The translations under genes and the position numbers were made by a program. From the NCBI GenBank assembly GCA_002418215.1, contig DIDQ01000119.1:1-64000 (forward strand): a stretch of 64,000 nucleotides of DNA, written 5' to 3'. Below are positions 1-7,377 of the stretch, piece by piece; the stretch's first letter is position 1, and the number at the start of each line of letters is the position of its first letter. The stretch is from Anaerolineales bacterium UBA5796. Lineage in GTDB: Bacteria > Chloroflexota > Anaerolineae > Anaerolineales > Villigracilaceae. The notes beneath the pieces are model-generated. The model was not told where the DNA came from and searched no databases. It saw nothing but the letters and a program-made list of their open reading frames with translations.

Positions 1-296
1 ATATCAAAGAGCCAATAAAATTTGCGCAAATCGCCGTTTACAAGCGAAAAAGTACGTTTTTGTGTATTAAGCATGTAAAGGTTGAACCCTGGATGACCAA
101 CACTATCCGGGCTTTGTCACCCTGAAGGAGCGCTTTTCAGCGACTGAAGGGTCTCCTGGACGGTCGCAGAGATGCTCATCTGCACTTGCAGCGCAGGCGC
201 AAGTGTCGCTCCGCTCAGCATGACCTCATTGGGCCTGGTGCGAATAGAGCCGGTTTTGTTCACACTTTTACTGTCCAATACGTAACTATTCAGGCT

Positions 297-413
297 GTCA
301 TTGCGAGGCGGTTGTTGCCGAAGCCCTGGCCTGACGCCAGGACAGGCAATCTCCCGCTAAATGGGCAAACGGGAGACTGCTTCACTCGCAAAGACCGCTC
401 GTTCGCAGTGACA
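297..413 (+). repeat. Nested-palindrome repeat element, family 1, copy A (TGTCATTGCGAGG ... GCAATCTCC ... GGGAGACTGCTTC ... GCAGTGACA). A partial second copy lies at ~186-235.
   Basis: Terminal inverted repeats TGTCATTGCGAGG / GCAGTGACA and the internal pair GCAATCTCC / GGGAGACTGCTTC recur at 20910, 21719 and 39302. Confidence 0.7.
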
Positions 414-841
414 TCGCTATTTTTGAGTATATGGCTGAATAGATACACCAATACAAGATTAGCGGATTCCATCCCGCACTTTGGTGCGCGCGCAAAATAT
501 GTTGCGGCGGCTGCGGCGGCAGCCCGAAAATTCAATGCAAATGTCTATGCCGGAGAGACAACTGTCTATTGTCCCGGCTTCCCATAACCGGTACAATTTT
601 GACATCAATGTTTCCTTTGCCGGGACGTTGACGGGGGAGACAAGGGGGCGGGTGCATTTCAGTCCCTTTGGGAGGCGCGGCGCACCAAAGGGTTCGAGCA
701 GGCAGGTGGGAGGGATTGGAATGCAACACAGGCAAAATGGATCGGTGGGAAAGCCATCCAGGAGTTTCACGAGTGCAAATCGCTGCACCTCGCAGCGCAC
801 AAACAATACACTACACTAACGATTGAAAGGAGCACATCACT

Positions 842-1243
842 ATGGCACGAAAAATTCAGGCCTGGGTAGAGTTCGGGCCGCGCCTGGAACCGAGGGAACC
901 GCTGGATGCGGAGGGGCTGATCCTGCGCATTGTGCAGGCCACCAACCAGAGCCGGGGCAGCGTCAAAGCCATCCTCGACGAACTGGACAGCCAGCTCGAA
1001 ATTGCCCTGCAGGAAGGCACCATCGTGCAACTTCCCAACGGCATGCACTTCCAGCCGATCGGCAAGCGCAACGGCAAGATAGAAATCAGGGTACGCATCA
1101 ACCCGGACCTGCTCAAGCGCATCAATGCCATCTTCCGCGGCAAATGGCGCAACCCGGAGAATATCGGCAAGACCGAGGATGAGATCTTCGACCAGTGGGA
1201 TGCGGCCCATCCCGGCGACCCGGTTGACAGGAGCAGCCTCTAA
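842..1243 (+). CDS. Hypothetical protein (133 aa)
   Basis: Clean ORF with an AAGGAG Shine-Dalgarno 8 nt upstream. A strong intrinsic terminator follows it. No recognisable motifs. Confidence 0.6.
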   Translation: MARKIQAWVEFGPRLEPREPLDAEGLILRIVQATNQSRGSVKAILDELDSQLEIALQEGTIVQLPNGMHFQPIGKRNGKIEIRVRINPDLLKRINAIFRGKWRNPENIGKTEDEIFDQWDAAHPGDPVDRSSL

Positions 1244-1272
1244 AATACAGCCACTCGATACCAAACCAGGAC

Positions 1273-1308
1273 CAGCCTGACCGTGCAATCAGGCTGGTTG
1301 TTTTTTTT
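1273..1308 (+). terminator. Rho-independent terminator
   Basis: Stem CAGCCTGA ccgtgcaa TCAGGCTGG followed by a T9 run. Confidence 0.8.
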
Positions 1309-1313
1309 ACAGA

Positions 1314-1437
1314 TCGAACTAGTTCGATCTTGTTGTCGAACTAGTTCGATCGCGACATTGAACTAGTTCGATCGCGCTGTCGAACTAGTTCGAGTCACGA
1401 GTCGAACTAGTTCGATTCGCAGATCGAGCAAGCTCGA
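1314..1437. repeat. Array of six 14-bp perfect palindromes TCGAACTAGTTCGA (the last copy is degenerate, TCGAGCAAGCTCGA) at an exact 22-bp period
   Basis: Copies start at 1314, 1336, 1358, 1380, 1402 and 1424, so the spacing is constant at 22 bp. Confidence 0.85.
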
Positions 1438-1538
1438 CCGCGCCGTTAGGGTTATTCATTGCATCGTTGTTCCAAAAACGCAGGTGCTTCTGATTGGGCG
1501 TGACATGGGTAGATTCCACAACAAATGCCCCCACCCGG

Positions 1539-1643
1539 CCTCCCCCGAAAATCCAAAGTGCGGAATTTTCGGGGGAGGGGCAGAGCCTGTGTCCGCAAGT
1601 CAACAAAGCCTCCCCCATTTTCAAGAGCGGAAAATGGGGGAGG
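1539..1643. repeat. Two related G-rich hairpins (CCTCCCCCGAAAAT...ATTTTCGGGGGAGG and CCTCCCCCATTTT...AAAATGGGGGAGG)
   Basis: Stems of 13-14 bp at 1539-1578 and 1609-1643. They sit between the palindrome array and the 3' end of vsr. Confidence 0.7.
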
Positions 1644-1733
1644 TTGGAGGGGGCGGGGTTGGCCGACTCGCGGTGTTTACTACATTGGCGAAAAATCTTC
1701 TGGTCTCCTTGTAAATATCAATAAGCATTAGCA

Positions 1734-2198
1734 TTAACTAGACCTTGTAACACCTCTGATTTCGCTGCTGGAAGTATTTTCAACCAACCAGGTAGCAATT
1801 TTTTTTATTAATTCATCGAAATCCAGTTTTTTTCTTCCCTTTAAGGCGCATTCCCAAATTATAAGGACTTTCCATCCCAATTTTTTCAATTCAGCAATAT
1901 TTTTTATGTCTCGCTCTTGGTTTCCTGTAATTTTCCCCCCCCAAAATTCCGGACGAGTTGACGGCCACTTAAATAAATGGCAATCATGCCCATGCCAGAA
2001 ACATCCATTGATTTGAATTACTGCCCTATATTTTGGAAATACCAGATCGGGCTTCCCCGGGAGAGATGCAACATGTAAGCGATATCGAAATCCTCTTTTG
2101 TGGATGGCTGTGCGTATTCTGATTTCCGGTTTTGTATCTTTCCCCTGAATTCCTGACATCATTTTACTTCTGGTTTCAGGTGAAACTACATCGGTCAT
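1734..2198 (-). CDS. vsr: Very-short-patch-repair endonuclease (Vsr)
   Basis: About 150 aa with a conserved FWHGH motif and the overall Vsr pattern (KPD/E ... F.HGC.WH). It lies in an operon with a Dcm methyltransferase. Confidence 0.85.
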   Translation of the reverse strand: MTDVVSPETRSKMMSGIQGKDTKPEIRIRTAIHKRGFRYRLHVASLPGKPDLVFPKYRAVIQINGCFWHGHDCHLFKWPSTRPEFWGGKITGNQERDIKNIAELKKLGWKVLIIWECALKGRKKLDFDELIKKIATWLVENTSSSEIRGVTRSS

Positions 2199-2206
2199 AT
2201 TTCAAC

Positions 2207-3532
2207 TTACTCCAGCAACATTAACATGCCTGGCCTGGATGTTTGGCGAGCAAGCCAGGCTTGCAAATCTGTAAAAGCCTGTCCCCGCATACGCAAGAAT
2301 GCCTTTTTATTTTTTATTTTTTCTAGTTCAATAGTTATCACATGTCGAGCGCTGAAAAAGAAATAATATTCGCCAGCCGGCAACGGATCGTCTAAAAATA
2401 CAGGCCCAAACTTTAAAATAAATTCAGCCTTCTTGATCTTCGCTTTTTCTGTGGCAGGTATAAGGATACCGGCTACAAAACGAGCAATACGAATATTATT
2501 CTGGGAATGATCACAAGAAGCATTTACTTCCACTATTACAGATTTGGAAACAGGTTCCAGTGCAGCCCTATAGGCATCTTTTTGATTTTCCTTGCAATTC
2601 ATAAAATCATCTAAAACTTCTTCAATTGAAGGAACATGTGCCCATTTTTGCGATAAGTCTAAATATATATTCCCGGCATAAAATCGCTTCGTTTCATCTA
2701 CAGCCAAATGTAACATAGTATTTAGTTTTGCTTTGGCGCGTATATCTTTGCTTGAAGACGAATTCATAATTTCAGCAGAGTACGGAGAAAGAGATTTATT
2801 TACTTTGGAGTTATTACTTTCCATTCGATCAGAATGTAATGGATTTAGAGAACCATACAGAGCATTCAAACAAAGATTGGCGTCCAGTTGTTTCCCAGCC
2901 TCAGCTTCTGCCATCGCATGTAACAATTGCAGGAATTGGGTATTCCAGGCACTGCGCCATTCCGCTAGGCTTTTTGTATCATTGCTTGTAAGAGCAGATA
3001 ACGCATTTGTGACCATTGTAGCTGCTTTATGGCTATTTTCCTCCCATACTTGAAGAAGTAATAAAGGACTAAAGCTGTTCAATTCAGTTTGGATTTTGGA
3101 AAGGATAAGTTTTATGTTCAGGTTGCCTTTGATATCTTTACATTCTGTTTTGGTTAAACGAGAAACAAAGACTGGGTTTGGAATATTGGGTTCTGTAAAC
3201 ATAGTTTCTTCAAACAATTCTTGCAGTTCAGGATGTTTTGTCCATACAAGGACTCCGTATGGACCGTTATCCGGTCGCAATATCCCCATCACATACATAA
3301 GCAAAGTTGACACTTTTGATTTGTCTGAAGAAACTCCACCATCTAGCAAATCCATATCCAGGATTGCTAATCTTACACCAACCAATCTTTGACTTTTTAG
3401 TGGAAGTGCAGTTCTGGTTCCATCAAAATATGTGGAAGAAATGCCTAGTTTTGAAAGTCCTTTGAGCATTGGAAGGGCTTCCTTTTCATCATCATCAACA
3501 ACGATAACCCTTGTTCCACTTAATCCATTCAT
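2207..3532 (-). CDS. Receiver (REC)-domain protein with a ~300-aa C-terminal domain of unknown function
   Basis: The N-terminus reads RVIVVDDDE (acidic pocket), LAILDMDL (candidate phospho-acceptor Asp) and TKHP (Lys-Pro). The C-terminal 300 aa carry no recognisable motif. The ORF overlaps its neighbours by 4 nt, so it is co-operonic. Confidence 0.6.
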   Translation of the reverse strand: MNGLSGTRVIVVDDDEKEALPMLKGLSKLGISSTYFDGTRTALPLKSQRLVGVRLAILDMDLLDGGVSSDKSKVSTLLMYVMGILRPDNGPYGVLVWTKHPELQELFEETMFTEPNIPNPVFVSRLTKTECKDIKGNLNIKLILSKIQTELNSFSPLLLLQVWEENSHKAATMVTNALSALTSNDTKSLAEWRSAWNTQFLQLLHAMAEAEAGKQLDANLCLNALYGSLNPLHSDRMESNNSKVNKSLSPYSAEIMNSSSSKDIRAKAKLNTMLHLAVDETKRFYAGNIYLDLSQKWAHVPSIEEVLDDFMNCKENQKDAYRAALEPVSKSVIVEVNASCDHSQNNIRIARFVAGILIPATEKAKIKKAEFILKFGPVFLDDPLPAGEYYFFFSARHVITIELEKIKNKKAFLRMRGQAFTDLQAWLARQTSRPGMLMLLE

Positions 3533-5679
3533 TTTTTATTTCCTCCAAAGATCAATGCAACGACGGCTCCGTTAAATTCGTCAGGAAGAGAAATCTCTCC
3601 AATTTCTGGAAAAACTAACCGCCCCCCTTGAGCTTTCATAACCTGATCAGCAAGGTGCAATCCAAGTCCCATGCCATCCGGCTTTCTGCTAATAAATGGT
3701 TCAATTAAGTACTCAGGAGGATCAACAAACCCTGGGCCATTATCTGCAATCACAATTGCTGGTCCTTGGTCAAATTCCTTAGTCATTCCGATATAGATTT
3801 TCTTCTTATCAACTTGTTCTCCCCATTTGTTATCCAGCCACCAAATCGAATTATCAATTATATTCATCAGAGTTGATATCGTAAGTCGTTTGCTGCAATT
3901 GGTTTCAAAATTACCTTGCCTTGTATCGGAAATTAATTTTATGTTGTGGTTCTTAAGTCTTAACTCGGTGTTAAATACTGCCTGAGAGATCATAGTTCCT
4001 GCTTTTTCACGAGTTATCCCCGATCTTCTTATAAGGCTGGCAAAACCTTCGACTAAATCTGCCAAATGCTTTGCTAAATTTCTAATGCGGGGGCTGGCCT
4101 TTTCTTCTTGCACAGCTCTTGAAAGTTCATCTATCCCTTTTTCTACTTCATGAATAACTATTGAAAGACTTAACCCGGCACTTGCGCTTGTCAAAAAACG
4201 ATCTCGGATAAGAATAAAGTCAGATTCAATCCTGTTAATGTATGGTCCAAGTTCACTTGTTAGTTTTTTCCTTTCTATAAGGTTGCGTAACTCGGAAAGG
4301 TCTTCAATAACCGGTTCTTTGATTTTTTTACTACTGTATGCATTCCGAATACGTGTCTTGTCTTTGTTACGCTCGGCTTGTATTTGAACAACCGCTTCGG
4401 TAACTGCGTCCTTGAAAGCTCGAAATGCTTCATTGTCTACAAAACCTTCTCGATTTGTTTTTTCAATTAAACCTGAACTGGCCTCAATATCTAAGGACGC
4501 AGCCCCAACTACCAAGTTGTTACTTATTCGCTGTGTTGGCACATTCACTCGTTTTCCGCCTAAATTCAGCCAATCATTGCCAGGTTCTCCATAATCATAA
4601 ACCCGCATCCCGGCTCTATACACTCGTATTCCGCCAGACTCGTCAAGAAAATCTTTCAGCCCTTGTTTATCCGTTACTCCAAGTGATAATATTTTAGGCT
4701 CACGGTCAAAAATATAAAGATCAATATGGATTGGCCCAACTTCTCTTAGAAGAGTTTTGCTTGAAATATCCTTCGGTAAATCGAGCTTTACATTTTGAAC
4801 ATTTCGAGCATCGATTTTGTCTAGCATGGCAGGCAATGGGACAAATGAATAATTATAAAAAAGCTTAACAGTTTGAGTGTTATCCGGGTCTGCCTCTATA
4901 TCGCAGTTTGCACGAAATAGAGAATATTCCAAAACTGTTTCCACCGTCAACAATTTATCCAACCAATCTTTATTCTCAGTAAGCACGAGTTCAGTATTGA
5001 ATTCCCCGATTTCGTCAAAAGGTGAACAAATTGACATTACCGCACGTGCAAGTTCCCGAACCATGCCTCGGTTCCATACATTGCGTAGATTCTCAATTTC
5101 GATTTTTGTTCCTGTCTGACTCCCGGTAAAAACTTGCGGTTCTCGTTCTACAACTACAACGGGAACATCTTCTAAATATTTATGTTTTGTAAAATCGTTC
5201 CAATCTATCTCAACAAAAACTTCTGGCTGTTTTTTTTTGCGTGTGACTAGTCTGACCTTCAATCCCAATTTATGAGCAGCAAACCGGCCAACACCTTTCT
5301 CGCCAAGTGGCAAGCGGCCATATTTTGGCGTCCTTTCATCATTCTCTCGTTGTTTAGCTTTATAGTCAGTTCCGGGCTCAAGCCATACGTGTGTAACAGT
5401 ATCAAAATCCATACCAATCCCTGTATCTTCCACCGTAATCAAACCCTTATTCTGGTCAGTCAAGTTTGACATTGTTACTTTTACACCAGGGGAGTCCGCA
5501 TCATACGCATTTTTAACTAACTCAAACACCGCAATTCCGGGATCCTTGATAAGCTGATCACCTAATAGTAACAATAATCTAGCTCGTGGGCGGAAAGTAA
5601 ACTCATTTGTCATGGCGCTCTTCCCATCTTGATGAGGCATTTTATTATCTTCATCCATTTTTAACCAAGCTCTTAACAA
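3529..5679 (-). CDS. Dual GHKL-ATPase protein. The N-terminus is a MORC/MutL-like HATPase_c_3 domain; the C-terminal half is a histidine-kinase-like H-box plus HATPase_c domain.
   Basis: The N-terminal Bergerat-fold motifs are ELVKNAYDA (N-box) and DTGIGMD (G1). The middle region has IVIHEVEKGIDEL, a candidate H-box. The C-terminal motifs are LMNIIDNSIWW (N), IADNGPGF (G1) and GMGLGLHLA (G2). The true start may be an internal Met. Confidence 0.65.
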   Translation of the reverse strand: MLRAWLKMDEDNKMPHQDGKSAMTNEFTFRPRARLLLLLGDQLIKDPGIAVFELVKNAYDADSPGVKVTMSNLTDQNKGLITVEDTGIGMDFDTVTHVWLEPGTDYKAKQRENDERTPKYGRLPLGEKGVGRFAAHKLGLKVRLVTRKKKQPEVFVEIDWNDFTKHKYLEDVPVVVVEREPQVFTGSQTGTKIEIENLRNVWNRGMVRELARAVMSICSPFDEIGEFNTELVLTENKDWLDKLLTVETVLEYSLFRANCDIEADPDNTQTVKLFYNYSFVPLPAMLDKIDARNVQNVKLDLPKDISSKTLLREVGPIHIDLYIFDREPKILSLGVTDKQGLKDFLDESGGIRVYRAGMRVYDYGEPGNDWLNLGGKRVNVPTQRISNNLVVGAASLDIEASSGLIEKTNREGFVDNEAFRAFKDAVTEAVVQIQAERNKDKTRIRNAYSSKKIKEPVIEDLSELRNLIERKKLTSELGPYINRIESDFILIRDRFLTSASAGLSLSIVIHEVEKGIDELSRAVQEEKASPRIRNLAKHLADLVEGFASLIRRSGITREKAGTMISQAVFNTELRLKNHNIKLISDTRQGNFETNCSKRLTISTLMNIIDNSIWWLDNKWGEQVDKKKIYIGMTKEFDQGPAIVIADNGPGFVDPPEYLIEPFISRKPDGMGLGLHLADQVMKAQGGRLVFPEIGEISLPDEFNGAVVALIFGGNKK

Positions 5680-6679
5680 CCTTTGTCATCACTGGAGGAC
5701 ATACACCATTCCCCATCAACTTAATTCGATCACGTCTGGTTAATCCAGGAATACTGTCTAACTGAAAATCTGGTGTAAAGCCCATCGCCAACTTTAATTC
5801 TTCCGGTTGTAGCATCCTCATCACATGTCCATTTTCACTTGGCGTTACATAGGCAAAGCGATCAAGTGTAGTAATTGTGCCTAATGGCTCCTCAATACTT
5901 TGCCAGCCTTTATTTTTTTTGCGTCCGGAACCATAATACACGAGCAAGAATGAAGTGTTATTGCCAAGAACTGAAATTGCCCGTTCAGCCGAATGAATTG
6001 TATTTTCTGCTCTGCCCGGTTTTCTCAAAGGAGTGAATTTATATTTTCCAGAATTATCAATAATTGTTGAGGCTGGTTTGGTAATGACATATTCGGCGGC
6101 TGGTTCCGCTGCTTTTCCAGTCAAGGAACACAATAAAAACAAACGCTCTCGTGACTGAGGAACACCCAGATTTTTAGCATTAATTATCGTTTTTTTTACA
6201 AAATATTTCAATTCCCATAAATTTTCAAGCAAGTCCTTAAACTTATCCCATGATTCAAATTCAGTCACATTTTCAATAACCATCCATCGTGGTCTAAACA
6301 CTCTGGCAAATCGAACAGCCTCAAATGCTGTCATTTTGCTTTCTTCGTCTCTTTCAGCATTCCCCTTTGCCTTGGAATGATTTGTACATTCGGGGGATGC
6401 CAGGATTAAATCAATATTACCGATTGACGATTTAAATTGGCGAATCTCTTCGTCTGTTAATTTTTGCAAGTCTGTCTGGAATACCTCAGCTTTAGGGAAA
6501 TTTGCCTTATATGTTTTTATTGCCAAATCCCACATATCAAATCCAGCAACAACATCAACACCAGCTTTTGTTGCTCCAAAGCTGCTTCCACCTGCACCGC
6601 AGAACAAGTCAATTGCTTTGATTTTTGTCTCATACATAAGCTTATCCTGTAGTTTCCTTAAAGCATAAACACTTGCCAA
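5651..6679 (-). CDS. dcm: DNA (cytosine-5)-methyltransferase (Dcm family)
   Basis: Motif I is DLFCGAGG. Motif IV is PC, read as ASPECTNHS. Motif VI is ENV. Motif VIII is QSRERLF. Motif X is GNGV. Confidence 0.9.
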   Translation of the reverse strand: MASVYALRKLQDKLMYETKIKAIDLFCGAGGSSFGATKAGVDVVAGFDMWDLAIKTYKANFPKAEVFQTDLQKLTDEEIRQFKSSIGNIDLILASPECTNHSKAKGNAERDEESKMTAFEAVRFARVFRPRWMVIENVTEFESWDKFKDLLENLWELKYFVKKTIINAKNLGVPQSRERLFLLCSLTGKAAEPAAEYVITKPASTIIDNSGKYKFTPLRKPGRAENTIHSAERAISVLGNNTSFLLVYYGSGRKKNKGWQSIEEPLGTITTLDRFAYVTPSENGHVMRMLQPEELKLAMGFTPDFQLDSIPGLTRRDRIKLMGNGVCPPVMTKVVKSLVKNG

Positions 6680-7118
6680 CCTCTAATCGTTTTTTGCTTG
6701 TTGGCACATACCACGCGTTCATTCTTTTATCCCAGGCGCGTATTTGTAAAAATTGTTCCCATGAAAATTGATAGAGAGCATTAAGAGTATAGTCGGGAGC
6801 CAATATCACGATCAATAGGTATTCAAAAAGCTGTTTATCCGGGTTTTGTTCATCAGGGTAAATAGTTCCTGTTTTACTACCCTTTTGAATAGTTTTGATT
6901 GAAAATCTTTCCCCATTTCGTGAAAGCGCATCCACATTTTTTGATCCTGGTGCGGATGCCGTTAAATTAGATAGTCCAGGTGTATTACGAAAATAATTTA
7001 TTGCAGCAGCTTCTCCGATTTCACCCACTGAAAAAGAAAGACCTCGGGTGCGCATTTCCCGCTCGACTTCAATTCGAAGTGATATTAGTACATCATCGTT
7101 CAGGGTTGTTATATCCAC
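6642..7118 (-). CDS. Hypothetical protein (158 aa); first gene of the island operon
   Basis: AT-rich ORF overlapping the dcm start by 38 nt. It has a weak PD-(D/E)xK-like pattern (VDAL ... ERFSIK) that could not be confirmed. Confidence 0.45.
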   Translation of the reverse strand: MDITTLNDDVLISLRIEVEREMRTRGLSFSVGEIGEAAAINYFRNTPGLSNLTASAPGSKNVDALSRNGERFSIKTIQKGSKTGTIYPDEQNPDKQLFEYLLIVILAPDYTLNALYQFSWEQFLQIRAWDKRMNAWYVPTSKKRLEVGKCLCFKETTG

Positions 7119-7341
7119 GTATGTTCCTGGCCTGAAATGTTTTATCTATTAAACCACATCATTTATGTGATTTACCAGCCACATCCAAATTTTATTCTAA
7201 TAAACTGTATCAAACAATAAAAAATTTTTGCAAATTCGAAATTAGGGTTCCGGAGTTTTCTTTTACCCAATTCCCGAATATCGAATAGCTACTCCCCGCT
7301 CCCCTCTCCCCCAATTCTCTAACACTCCTCCAACCTGCCTC

Positions 7342-7370
7342 TGTTATAATTTTCCCTTCGAAAGGGAAAA
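7342..7370 (+). promoter_or_regulatory. Extended -10 promoter (TGTTATAAT) followed by a leader hairpin TTCCCTTCGAAAGGGAA, upstream of secA
   Basis: TGnTATAAT sits 28 nt upstream of the ATG. A perfect 7-bp stem lies between them. There is no Shine-Dalgarno; the sequence just before the ATG is CACCTCC. Confidence 0.5.
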
Positions 7371-7377
7371 CACCTCC

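Noticed and set aside
186-819. Several overlapping ORFs at the window start
   Set aside because: They lie over the family-1 repeat copies and a GC-rich non-coding region. They have no Shine-Dalgarno or motifs, and their frames are mutually exclusive.
1314-1437. Possible CRISPR array (regularly spaced repeats)
   Set aside because: The repeats are only 14 bp with 8-bp spacers. The same applies to the 21-bp array at 26247, whose units are contiguous. No cas genes are present. This does not have CRISPR geometry.
1484-1731. Three overlapping plus-strand ORFs of about 70 aa each
   Set aside because: They are encoded by the G-rich twin-hairpin region. They are Gly/Pro-rich artefacts.
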